From a virus (taxonomy: Duplodnaviria; Caudoviricetes): a stretch of 53,965 nucleotides of DNA. The stretch lies in IMG/VR virus record IMGVR_UViG_3300031689_000007, positions 1-53,965 of that record. One strand, given 5' to 3'. Shown here piece by piece: positions 1 to 8,719 of the stretch; position 1 is the stretch's first letter; every line of letters starts with the position of its first letter. The notes below the pieces were generated by a model. That model made no database searches and was not told where the DNA came from. It saw only the letters and a list, made by a program, of their open reading frames with translations. The position numbers and the translations under genes were made by a program.

Positions 1-876
1 GCGTGCGGTTGCTATGATCGTAAGTATGCAGGTATGGATACCGCACAGGTGTACAACTTGTTGCGTAAAGACCAACCGCAAGGTGGCGGCCAAGGTGGTG
101 GCGATGGCGATCCCGAAGATGGTGATGGTACGCCCGAAGATGGTAGTGGCTCACTACCGAACGGACACAAACCATTCGACACACACGATTGGGAAGGCGC
201 ACAAGAAATGTCCGCCGATGAACAGCGCGAACTCGCAAGAGAGATCGACGAGGCAGTACGTCAAGGTGCATTGGTTGCAGGTAAGATGGGCAGTGGTGGT
301 GATCGTAACCTAGAAGAATTGCTAGAACCACAAGTCGATTGGCGTGAAGTGTTGCGTGAGTTTGTGCAGACTACTTGTACAGGCAGTGACTACTCTACAT
401 ACCGCCGACCTAACCGCAGGTATCTGAGTAGTGGTATCTACATGCCGAGTGGTGTCAGTGAAAAGGTCGGGGAACTGGTGGTCGCAATCGACACGTCTGG
501 ATCAATCGGACAGACCGAAGTCACCGCGTTTCTTTCCGAAGTCAAAGCAATATGTGACACAGTACGTCCAGATAAAGTACGTCTGTTGTATTGGGACACA
601 GAGATATGTCGTGACGAAACGTATGACACGCACGAACTCGATACACTTGTACAATCTACTAAGCCGAAAGGCGGTGGTGGTACAGATGTAGAATGTGTGA
701 CTGAGTACATCCGTGAAGAAAGCATCAACGCGCAAGCGTGTATCGTGATTACTGATGGCGACCTATACAGGGGTTGGGGTCAGTGGACTATGCCTGTGTT
801 GTGGTGCGTTATCGACAACAAGCACAAAGTGCCAGACGTAGGCAAATGTGTACATATTAAATCAAGGGAGATGTAA
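1..876 (+). CDS. DUF2201-type VWA domain protein (5'-truncated)
   Basis: Frame is open from base 1. Contains MIDAS motif IDTSGSI, 'RRPNRR' and 'GGGGTD', with a Gly/Asp-rich linker. Confidence 0.85.
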   Translation, partial: ACGCYDRKYAGMDTAQVYNLLRKDQPQGGGQGGGDGDPEDGDGTPEDGSGSLPNGHKPFDTHDWEGAQEMSADEQRELAREIDEAVRQGALVAGKMGSGGDRNLEELLEPQVDWREVLREFVQTTCTGSDYSTYRRPNRRYLSSGIYMPSGVSEKVGELVVAIDTSGSIGQTEVTAFLSEVKAICDTVRPDKVRLLYWDTEICRDETYDTHELDTLVQSTKPKGGGGTDVECVTEYIREESINAQACIVITDGDLYRGWGQWTMPVLWCVIDNKHKVPDVGKCVHIKSREM

Positions 877-1050
877 ATGAGTAAAACTTATATTGGAGTG
901 TGGGATTGTACCTTCTACAAAAGCGATGCCGATGGCAACGAACTCAAGAACGCCGATGGTAGTATCAAACTATTCGATGCACCTAAATTAGATATGTCTC
1001 ACATCGCGGAGTATGTAGACGACGATGATCTAGTGGAGGTGAAGCAATGA
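877..1050 (+). CDS. Hypothetical protein, 57 aa (MSKTYIGVWDCTFYK...), absent from ORF track
   Basis: ATG directly after the upstream TAA, GGGAG upstream, TGA overlaps the next ATG (ATGA); fills the gap exactly. Confidence 0.75.
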   Translation: MSKTYIGVWDCTFYKSDADGNELKNADGSIKLFDAPKLDMSHIAEYVDDDDLVEVKQ

Positions 1051-1280
1051 GTAAAATTGGAAACTATGTAGTCGGGTTGCAGGAGCAACAGCATTTCATC
1101 GAATGTCCTGAGTGTAAGGACACATATCACCAAGGCAAAGTTACAGGCGAGGAGTTCAAGTGGACTGGCGATACGTATGAGCCATTCGAGACATGGGTCG
1201 ATTGCGACAACTGTAGTGGTCTAGGTGAGATAGAACGTGACGACGACGATGAAGACGAGGGAGCTTCGTGTGGGCAATAA
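1047..1280 (+). CDS. Small Zn-finger protein (DnaJ-like Cys motifs)
   Basis: CPEC ... CDNCSGLG; GGAGG SD; acidic tail. Confidence 0.7.
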   Translation: MSKIGNYVVGLQEQQHFIECPECKDTYHQGKVTGEEFKWTGDTYEPFETWVDCDNCSGLGEIERDDDDEDEGASCGQ

Positions 1281-1290
1281 CTGCCCACAC
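1268..1290. repeat. Perfect 9-bp inverted repeat GTGTGGGCA-N5-TGCCCACAC
   Basis: Read directly; spans a stop codon; no U-tract follows. Confidence 0.6.
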
Positions 1291-1337
1291 AGATAATTTA
1301 AACTAACCAACAATATTAAACAACAGGATAAAAACAA

Positions 1338-2411
1338 ATGGCACTAACATATTCATCATTCAATAGCTTCGACGAGGTAGTGTATCACTACGAAAGCATA
1401 GAACCAATGGGCGGTAGCACTAACAAGGGTAAAGACATCAGACCCATGGGTGATCGCAAACGTAAGTACGAACGTATCGTGAAGATCAGCAACAACTGCT
1501 ATGCACTATCAGATGGCTTTCACTTTGGTGACGAACACTTTAACTGGGGTTGGGGCTATTATGCTTCACAGACTGAGTTTGTACCTACACTAAAGGACAT
1601 GGAGAAGTATGCACCTATTATATGGCGCAAGAAACGTGATGGCACAGAACAAGTCACAATACGCAACGGATATGGAGACAATGCACACAACTCACGTTAT
1701 GCTTTCATAGACAGACACACACCGAAAGGTTTGGGGTTTCGTATCGACAATGGTAAACAGTATGTGACTAAGACAATGGTAAGCGGTAATGGACGGCACT
1801 ACCTAGCCAAGACCCATACCACGCCGCGTAGTGTCTATGAAGGTATAAAGCTTAGCGCAAACGATAATCATTATGCGGCGAAAGCTAAAAAATGGGCCAT
1901 GGTACACGACGACAACTCTGCCTTAGTGTTCAACAAAGTCGAGAGTAAAGATAGGTTCTCTGGTACTGACTGGGTACATGTTGAGGGGACAGGACGTCCA
2001 ATACCAAAAGGCCCGCGTGTGAACAAGAAAGCCAAGGCTAAGTTCAAAGATGCAATCAGTTCGTTCTTTGAATGGGGCATGGCTATGTCACCCCTACTAG
2101 CATTGGACGACCACGAGTACACATCTAAGCAGGGAGAGATACTAGCCGAAGTCTATAGAAATGAGCATGGCGTGTACTGGCGACAGGTAGATGCAAAAAT
2201 AGGACGTGAGATTGTGCGGGACGATCAGCACACCGCACGACTAGCGTTTTGGGTATACTTTGCTGGCAACTGCTACACTGCAGGTGAAGGGAGTTGGAGC
2301 TTCAACAACACGCCTCTACTCAAAAAGCTAGAGACTAAAGAAGATGTGTCTACTGTACGGTCACGCTTCAATACATTCATCAACACAGAACTCGGGTTCT
2401 GGAAAAAGTAA
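1338..2411 (+). CDS. Hypothetical early protein
   Basis: 357-aa ORF with AGGA SD; no recognised motif. Confidence 0.8.
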   Translation: MALTYSSFNSFDEVVYHYESIEPMGGSTNKGKDIRPMGDRKRKYERIVKISNNCYALSDGFHFGDEHFNWGWGYYASQTEFVPTLKDMEKYAPIIWRKKRDGTEQVTIRNGYGDNAHNSRYAFIDRHTPKGLGFRIDNGKQYVTKTMVSGNGRHYLAKTHTTPRSVYEGIKLSANDNHYAAKAKKWAMVHDDNSALVFNKVESKDRFSGTDWVHVEGTGRPIPKGPRVNKKAKAKFKDAISSFFEWGMAMSPLLALDDHEYTSKQGEILAEVYRNEHGVYWRQVDAKIGREIVRDDQHTARLAFWVYFAGNCYTAGEGSWSFNNTPLLKKLETKEDVSTVRSRFNTFINTELGFWKK

Positions 2412-2422
2412 GGAGAACAACT

Positions 2423-3349
2423 ATGGAAAATCTAGGATTAAAATTAGTATCAGATATCGTTGGCGATATTGGTAAAGGCTCTATAGATCGGCTCACTAAC
2501 GGTTTAAATGCACAACAACTAGAAGTAAATGTTATGGGTAGTAGCCTCAAAGAGAAGGTACTCGGTTACAAAACTTCGCCGAGGTCCGATACGTCCTTGT
2601 GGGTTTATCGCCCACAGGATACCTACGCTATGGGTTATATTACGTACGATTATATGAACGATACAGGCGAACAAGACAGGCGTTACGCCGTGTTCTCGCC
2701 CAACATACTCAACAGGAAGTACTCGTATGGTATGAAACGCTACATGTCTAGCGCAATGCGTGGAGAAAAGGGTGTCTCCAACGCGGCAAAATACCTACGT
2801 CCGTTGACCCCCAAGCAGGTTCTAAAGCAAGCCCAACGTGAGTTTACTTCTGCACTACATCGCGTGAAGGATACAGCAAGTACTAAGGCGAACAAGGTCA
2901 CAGCTAAAATCGACACCGATGTTTTCAGAGCTAAGAGGCTTGGTTCGCGTATCCCTAACCCACTGCAGGGAGAACTCAAGCGTATACTGCAATCAGATTA
3001 CGTGTTTCTTGACAAGGAACTCGAAGTACTGCTAACCGAAGCGTTTGTCGCGATTGATGAACATAAAGAAAGCAGTGCGCTTCACGAGGCAAAACATATT
3101 TTTATCGAGGTAGTACAATCCCAAGGGGCAAATGTATTCCGTGGGTTTTCTGACGTGGGCGACAACTCTAGGTTGTTTCGTTTCGACGACAGCAATGAGA
3201 ACAAGTTAGTGTACACACAGGAAGAACTACCAGAGAGTTTGATGGGTGCAATATCTGTGCTGTCAATGGTGGAGGCAGGCCAGTACGTTTCGGGCGTTGG
3301 GTATCGTGCCGCTGAGAATATGTTTTACATTAAAGGTGAGAGCGAGTGA
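2423..3349 (+). CDS. Hypothetical early protein
   Basis: 308-aa ORF with AAGGAG SD. Confidence 0.8.
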   Translation: MENLGLKLVSDIVGDIGKGSIDRLTNGLNAQQLEVNVMGSSLKEKVLGYKTSPRSDTSLWVYRPQDTYAMGYITYDYMNDTGEQDRRYAVFSPNILNRKYSYGMKRYMSSAMRGEKGVSNAAKYLRPLTPKQVLKQAQREFTSALHRVKDTASTKANKVTAKIDTDVFRAKRLGSRIPNPLQGELKRILQSDYVFLDKELEVLLTEAFVAIDEHKESSALHEAKHIFIEVVQSQGANVFRGFSDVGDNSRLFRFDDSNENKLVYTQEELPESLMGAISVLSMVEAGQYVSGVGYRAAENMFYIKGESE

Positions 3350-3609
3350 GCGTAGGCGCAAGTGACGCTACTACGTACCGCGTGACAATACATCCCACCA
3401 CAAATAAGGTTATTGTAATGTCCTTTGATCTAGGGCCTATTGACTCGACAGGTTTAGGGGTATATGACAGTATAAACGACACTCCAGAATGGGTTCAAGA
3501 ACGTATTGCTACCCTTATGCTTGTTGACCCTACACCACCGACCAAACCTATAGAGGGTGTAGGTCATAGGATCGACAAGACTACCTATTGGATTTACGCT
3601 GATAGGTAG
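3346..3609 (+). CDS. Hypothetical protein
   Basis: GTGA overlap with upstream stop; 87 aa. Confidence 0.7.
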   Translation: MSVGASDATTYRVTIHPTTNKVIVMSFDLGPIDSTGLGVYDSINDTPEWVQERIATLMLVDPTPPTKPIEGVGHRIDKTTYWIYADR

Positions 3610-3621
3610 TGACACACTACC
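3605..3621. promoter_or_regulatory. 17-bp palindromic operator-like site GGTAGTG-ACA-CACTACC
   Basis: Perfect 7-3-7 palindrome; near-copies at 8691 and 53881. Confidence 0.6.
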
Positions 3622-3631
3622 AATTTAACTT

Positions 3632-3660
3632 TGGGGGGCGTACAACCGCCTCCCATTTAT
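3632..3660 (+). terminator. Hairpin, possible weak intrinsic terminator
   Basis: TGGGGGGCG-tacaac-CGCCTCCCA followed by TTTAT; intergenic. Confidence 0.45.
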
Positions 3661-3687
3661 GCCAGTTACCACACACGGAGATCAACA

Positions 3688-3996
3688 ATGGCAACCACAC
3701 CAGAAGCTAAAGTAAAGAAGGTAGTGACCAACTACCTAAAGAAGATGGGCGCATACTACTTCTACCCCGTTACGGGTGGATTTGGACGGAGCGGCGTGCC
3801 TGACATAGTCGCGTGTTACAAAGGGTTGTTCCTTGGTATTGAATGTAAAGCAGGGAAGGGGAAGACTACTGCACTGCAACAAAAGAACCTAGACGATATT
3901 AAAATGGCAGGGGGTTTTGATTGGGTCGTAAACGAAACAAACATGCACCAAACAGAAACACAAATTAAGTATTGGGCAACAACACAACAGGAATAA
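3688..3996 (+). CDS. VRR-NUC / Holliday-junction-resolvase-like nuclease
   Basis: TPEAKVK, GVPD, GIECKAG and 'LQQKNL' motifs; ATG 3688 follows GGAG. Confidence 0.85.
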   Translation: MATTPEAKVKKVVTNYLKKMGAYYFYPVTGGFGRSGVPDIVACYKGLFLGIECKAGKGKTTALQQKNLDDIKMAGGFDWVVNETNMHQTETQIKYWATTQQE

Positions 3997-4001
3997 ACAA
4001 C

Positions 4002-4280
4002 ATGAGCATTATTAATAGTATGGAAGCACAAGAAGTTTTTATTACCCACCAAATGCCTACAGGCACTGCCTTTGGGGTACGGGTAGATAACGGTGAGAAA
4101 GTTTTTATAAACTCTAAACTATCTAAGAAGCACACTATCGCTGAGGAAGAAGTACGGATGCTTATAATAATCCCAAACACTAAGATCGAAACGCCTTGGC
4201 AAGCTATTGGTGTATCTGGTGACCCTACATCGTTGAATAAATTTGTGAGCAATAGACGTAAAGAAGGATACAAGATATGA
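4002..4280 (+). CDS. Hypothetical protein
   Basis: ATG 4002 after AGGA; overlaps next gene (ATGA). Confidence 0.65.
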   Translation: MSIINSMEAQEVFITHQMPTGTAFGVRVDNGEKVFINSKLSKKHTIAEEEVRMLIIIPNTKIETPWQAIGVSGDPTSLNKFVSNRRKEGYKI

Positions 4281-4744
4281 TTGATATAGATACCCATTCA
4301 GTTGAAGAACGTGTGTGGGCGTATCTACTTACTAACCGTGGGGCAAGTTCTAGCCAAGTAGCTGAGGCAACGAATACGGACGTGGAGTATGTCGATAAGA
4401 TGATAGAAACGATATCGTCACCCAACTGGAGAGAAGAAGCACCCATCAAGTTTGTAAAGGACGACAACGCTAAGACTAGGTACGATTTATTGCCACCAGA
4501 ATTGCTAGAAGAAACAGCGAAAGTACTTACGTTCGGCGCACAGAAATACAGCGCGCACAACTGGGCGCAAGGTGCATCATGGAGCCGTTACTTTAGTGCT
4601 ATGATGCGTCACATGTGGGCTTGGTGGAGAGGTGAAGATAACGACCCCGAAACAGGGTTTTCACATTTAGCTCACGCCGCATGCTGTCTTAGCTTTCTTA
4701 TAGCTTATCAACGGCGCGGCTTAGGTGAGGATGATAGGGTATGA
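4277..4744 (+). CDS. dATP/dGTP diphosphohydrolase (DUF5664-type) with N-terminal HTH-like region
   Basis: KDDxxKxRYDLLP, FGAQKY...NW, MRH, GEDxDPETGxSHLAHA motifs. Confidence 0.85.
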   Translation: MIDIDTHSVEERVWAYLLTNRGASSSQVAEATNTDVEYVDKMIETISSPNWREEAPIKFVKDDNAKTRYDLLPPELLEETAKVLTFGAQKYSAHNWAQGASWSRYFSAMMRHMWAWWRGEDNDPETGFSHLAHAACCLSFLIAYQRRGLGEDDRV

Positions 4745-4962
4745 TTGACACTAAGGTTAAAAATCTAGCCGCTTTACAACGTTCGTACGGTATAAAAGTC
4801 GGAGCGTTTGCCCCCGTACTGGAGAGGACAACTACACACGAAGTATGGAAGTTCGCCATTATACAGGCCGTTGAGGGGGGCTATGATTCTGTCTCCGAGT
4901 ATTTAGTCGATCTCCTGACTGATGCGTACTATGACTCTAAGGCGTCGGAGGGGGAAAGCTGA
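4741..4962 (+). CDS. Hypothetical protein
   Basis: Coupled to both neighbours by overlapping stop/start codons. Confidence 0.65.
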   Translation: MIDTKVKNLAALQRSYGIKVGAFAPVLERTTTHEVWKFAIIQAVEGGYDSVSEYLVDLLTDAYYDSKASEGES

Positions 4963-6788
4963 TGGACGTATACACACTCGACTTTGAGACCTACTACGAC
5001 CAAGAGTATTCGCTATCCAAGATAACGACAGAGAGTTATGTGCGCGATCCACGCTTCGAAGTGATCGGCCTTGCTATCAAAAAGAACGACAAGGTTACGA
5101 AGTACTTTAACGATGCCCAGACCATCGAACGTCTACTAACGCACATAGACTTCTCTGACAGTGCTATCCTAGCGCAGAACACTATGTTCGATGGGTCTAT
5201 TCTAAGTTGGCGGTATGGTGTGAAGCCGAAGGTGTGGTTTGACACTATGTGCATGGGTAGAGGTTTACACGGAATAGAGGCAGGTGCATCACTGCGGGCT
5301 TTATCTGAACGCTATGGTATCGGCGAAAAAGGTTTCGAGGTAAACAATGCCAAGGGTAAACGCCCCGCCGATTTCACTGCAGAAGAAGCTAAGAAGTACG
5401 GCGAGTACTGCATACAGGATGTCGAGCTAACGTATAAACTATTTAAGATTATGGGAGCTAACTTTCCGCGCACTGAGCTAAAGCTGATCGACGTTACACT
5501 ACGTATGTTTATTGATCCGATACTTGACCTAGACCTTGGGTTGTTGGAACAGCACTTGGAAGACACGCAAGATCGTAAGGACAAACTACTGCGCGATGCA
5601 GGGGTGACAGACAAGAAAGACTTGATGTCAAATCTCAAGTTTGCTGACATGCTACGTGGTCTCAACGTTGAGCCACCTATGAAGATCAGTCTGACAACAG
5701 GCAAGGAGACGTACGCCTTTGCTAAGAGTGATGAAGACTTCAAGATATTGCAGGAACATGAGGATGATCGTGTGCAATCCCTAGTAGCGGCGCGCCTTGG
5801 AAATAAATCTACTCTTGAGGAAACACGCACACAGAGGTTTATAGGTATCTCTAAACGTGGACGTTTACCCGTACCGATTAGGTACTACGCGGCGCACACT
5901 GGTAGATGGGGTGGAGCGGATAAGATTAACTTACAAAACCTACCGAGCCGTGGGCCAAATGGTAAGAAGTTAAAGAGGGCTATCATTGCACCAGAAGGAC
6001 ACACAGTTGTCGAAGCCGACTCTTCCCAAATCGAGGCACGGGTACTCGCGTGGTTCGCGGGACAGAATGATTTAGTAGACCAGTTCTCCAAGGGTGAGGA
6101 CGTGTATAAGTACATGGCGTCTAGCATCTACAACGTGGCTGTAGAGAACGTAACTAAAGATCAAAGGTTTGTGGGTAAGACTACAATTCTAGGTGCGGGC
6201 TACGGCATGGGAGCAGAGAAGTTCCAAGCGCAACTAAAACAATACGGGTTCGACATCGAGTTGGACGAGGCGCGGCGCGTTATCAATATATACCGAGAGG
6301 CTAACTTCAAGATTAGTAAGGTGTGGAAAGACGCTAACTATATGGTCAAGCAGTTGGCTAACAACCGCGCTGTGCAGTTCGGAAAGAAGGGTATCATTGG
6401 AGTAGACCCTGAGAACCAAGCCCTTATAATACCTAACGGATTAAAGATATTTTATCCTGATTTACATGGGGAGCAATCTGAGAAAGGGTTCGAGTATACA
6501 TACAAAATACGTCGAGGCCGAACACGGATATATGGTGGTAAGGTTATCGAGAACGTGTGTCAGGCTATAGCACGTTGCATAATAGGCGAGCAGATGCTAC
6601 TAATTAATAAGAAACACAATGTAGTACTAACGGTACACGATTCGATTGCATGTTGTGTACCCGACGAAGAAGTCGCTGAAGCACAAGCGTACGTGGAGAC
6701 ATGTATGAGATGGACACCAGACTGGGCAGAGGGCCTTCCTGTCGATTGCGAAAGTGGTACTGGCAAGTCGTACGGAGATTGTGAATGA
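4962..6788 (+). CDS. DNA polymerase family A with 3'-5' exonuclease domain
   Basis: ExoI LDFET; HTGRW; NLQNLP; motif A DSSQIEAR; motif B RFVGKTTILGAGYG; motif C TVHDS. Confidence 0.95.
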   Translation: MDVYTLDFETYYDQEYSLSKITTESYVRDPRFEVIGLAIKKNDKVTKYFNDAQTIERLLTHIDFSDSAILAQNTMFDGSILSWRYGVKPKVWFDTMCMGRGLHGIEAGASLRALSERYGIGEKGFEVNNAKGKRPADFTAEEAKKYGEYCIQDVELTYKLFKIMGANFPRTELKLIDVTLRMFIDPILDLDLGLLEQHLEDTQDRKDKLLRDAGVTDKKDLMSNLKFADMLRGLNVEPPMKISLTTGKETYAFAKSDEDFKILQEHEDDRVQSLVAARLGNKSTLEETRTQRFIGISKRGRLPVPIRYYAAHTGRWGGADKINLQNLPSRGPNGKKLKRAIIAPEGHTVVEADSSQIEARVLAWFAGQNDLVDQFSKGEDVYKYMASSIYNVAVENVTKDQRFVGKTTILGAGYGMGAEKFQAQLKQYGFDIELDEARRVINIYREANFKISKVWKDANYMVKQLANNRAVQFGKKGIIGVDPENQALIIPNGLKIFYPDLHGEQSEKGFEYTYKIRRGRTRIYGGKVIENVCQAIARCIIGEQMLLINKKHNVVLTVHDSIACCVPDEEVAEAQAYVETCMRWTPDWAEGLPVDCESGTGKSYGDCE

Positions 6789-7252
6789 AAACTAGAAAGT
6801 GCCGCGTATGTTTAGAACATAAACCTCTAAACCAGTTGGTAAGGGATAAGAGTTGCCGTTACGAGGTTGACGCTTTTTGTAAAGCATGCAGGAATGAACG
6901 AGGTTACTTTAGGATTCATGGTGTGGAGCGCCCTAAATCTTTAGACGTGTATAAATTAATCGCAGGGGTTGAACATAAGCGTTGCCCTACGTGTTCTAAA
7001 TATAAAACATATGATAATTTCCACAAAAACAAAAAAGAAAATAAGGGGATTTCTGCAGGTTGTAAGCCTTGCAGGAACATATGGACGAAACAAGCAGACC
7101 AACGTAGCAGTGATGGTCTGGAAGATAAGTATATACGCAGAATCTTGAGTATGCGATCCAAGTTAAAAATGTCAGAGTTCCCCCAAGAAATAGTTGACGT
7201 TCATCGAGAAGTTATAAGAATAAAAAGATTTATAAAGGAGAATAACGTATGA
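6785..7252 (+). CDS. Cys-rich protein with tandem Zn-ribbon motifs
   Basis: CRVC, CKAC, CPTC and CKPC pairs; AT-rich sequence. Confidence 0.7.
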   Translation: MKTRKCRVCLEHKPLNQLVRDKSCRYEVDAFCKACRNERGYFRIHGVERPKSLDVYKLIAGVEHKRCPTCSKYKTYDNFHKNKKENKGISAGCKPCRNIWTKQADQRSSDGLEDKYIRRILSMRSKLKMSEFPQEIVDVHREVIRIKRFIKENNV

Positions 7253-7458
7253 AAAATGTTGTAGAAGTAAGGGACGCTCTTGCTAAAGCCTTTAAAGGGC
7301 TTTCAGATGGGACGATAGATTCCAAAGACGCTTCTGAAATGGCAAATCTAGCAGGTAAGATGATAAATTCAGCAAAGGTACAGCTGGATTATCATGCCCT
7401 ACGTAAAGACGCACCAAGTATAAAGTTCTTACATGTAGTCGAGGAAGTGCAGGAATGA
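7249..7458 (+). CDS. Hypothetical protein (ANLAGKMINSAKVQ)
   Basis: AAGGAG SD; ATGA overlap. Confidence 0.75.
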   Translation: MKNVVEVRDALAKAFKGLSDGTIDSKDASEMANLAGKMINSAKVQLDYHALRKDAPSIKFLHVVEEVQE

Positions 7459-7506
7459 GTAAAGCCGACGAACTAAACAAATGTACATTTAAATAGGAGA
7501 CTGGAA

Positions 7507-7737
7507 ATGACGGAAGAACAATTTGACGCGCTGTGCATGGAGCAATTTATGCTCGCTTTGGACGCGATACAGAAAAATGCGCCGGAGGATTATGCTACGA
7601 TAGGGCGCGACGAGTTCGCAAAGGTTGCGTATTCGGTGTTCTCGCAGGGTATTTATATGGGTTATAATCTAGGCGCGAAGATGGTAGCCGATAAGCTAAA
7701 AGAAAAGGGTGTAGCAGGGGAACATATTGTCCAATGA
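7507..7737 (+). CDS. Hypothetical protein
   Basis: AGGAG SD; ATGA overlap with the exonuclease gene. Confidence 0.7.
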   Translation: MTEEQFDALCMEQFMLALDAIQKNAPEDYATIGRDEFAKVAYSVFSQGIYMGYNLGAKMVADKLKEKGVAGEHIVQ

Positions 7738-8408
7738 GTAAAGCCGCGCCGTGGTCGTTTAGTCGGATCAAAGCATTTGAGCAATGCCCCAAACAGTTCT
7801 ACCATGAGAAAGTACTCAAGCAGTACCCGTTCAGAGAAACTGAGGCTATGCGCTACGGCACTGAGTTCCACAAGGCATGTGAGGATTACATAGGTAAAGG
7901 TACTCCTGTACCCGCCAAGTTCGACTTTATAAAACCTACGTTGGATTCCCTTAACGACAAAAAAGGCAATAAGATAGTAGAGCAGAAGTTAGGCTTGACT
8001 GCTGACCTAGAACCCTGCAGTTTCTTTGCAAAAGATGTATGGTTTCGAGGCATTGTTGATCTTGCGATCATAGACAAACAAACTGGGGTGGGTTGGATCA
8101 TTGACTACAAGACAGGCAAATCGGCGAAGTATGCCGACAAAGGTCAGTTGGAGTTGATGGCGTTAACAATCTTTAAACATTACCCAGAAGTTATCAAGCT
8201 AAAGGCAGGGCTGTTATTCGTTATCGCCAAGAACCTTGTAAAAGCTGAGTACGAAATAGACTTACAGCAACTTCTATGGGGGAAATGGTTAGCAAACTAT
8301 GCTAGGATGGAGAAAGCGTTCGAGGTGGATGTTTGGAATCCAAAGCCATCTGGTCTGTGTAAACGACACTGTCAAGTAGTTGAGTGTCCCCATAATGGAG
8401 CAAACTAA
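7734..8408 (+). CDS. PD-(D/E)XK Cas4-like exonuclease
   Basis: WSFSR..FEQCP, GTEFH, GIVD, IIDYKTGK, QL and a C-terminal Cys cluster. Confidence 0.9.
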   Translation: MSKAAPWSFSRIKAFEQCPKQFYHEKVLKQYPFRETEAMRYGTEFHKACEDYIGKGTPVPAKFDFIKPTLDSLNDKKGNKIVEQKLGLTADLEPCSFFAKDVWFRGIVDLAIIDKQTGVGWIIDYKTGKSAKYADKGQLELMALTIFKHYPEVIKLKAGLLFVIAKNLVKAEYEIDLQQLLWGKWLANYARMEKAFEVDVWNPKPSGLCKRHCQVVECPHNGAN

Positions 8409-8695
8409 TGCCATACGTGAATAAACCCCGCCCATATAAAAAAGAATATCAACAGCAGAAAGCAAGAGGAGAACACGAAGCTCGTATGGAGCGACAACGC
8501 GCCAGACGTACGATGGATAAGAACGGCAAAGATGCCAATAAGAACGGCAAAGCCGACAAGCGAGAAGGTAAAGATATCGCTCACAAGAAGGCACTAAGTA
8601 AAGGCGGCACTAACAAGGACGGGTACAAAGTCCAGAGCCGTAAGAAAAATCGAGCTGCGGGTGGTGCTATGAGCAGCCCCAAGAAAAAAAGGTAG
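8408..8695 (+). CDS. Small basic HNH-like protein
   Basis: RPYKKEY ... GKDIAHKKALSKGG ... NRA pattern. Confidence 0.7.
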   Translation: MPYVNKPRPYKKEYQQQKARGEHEARMERQRARRTMDKNGKDANKNGKADKREGKDIAHKKALSKGGTNKDGYKVQSRKKNRAAGGAMSSPKKKR

Positions 8696-8707
8696 TTACT
8701 CACTACC
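8691..8707. promoter_or_regulatory. Operator-like palindrome copy GGTAGTT-ACT-CACTACC
   Basis: Matches the 3605 site; immediately before the helicase SD. Confidence 0.55.
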
Positions 8708-8719
8708 ACGGAGAACAAC

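Noticed and set aside
4962-6788. Intein or intron in the polymerase, helicase or terminase
   Set aside because: Protein lengths are compact and motifs contiguous; no splicing motifs seen.
7734-8408. Cas4-like gene as evidence of a CRISPR system
   Set aside because: No repeat-spacer array or other cas genes; it sits in a standard phage replication module.
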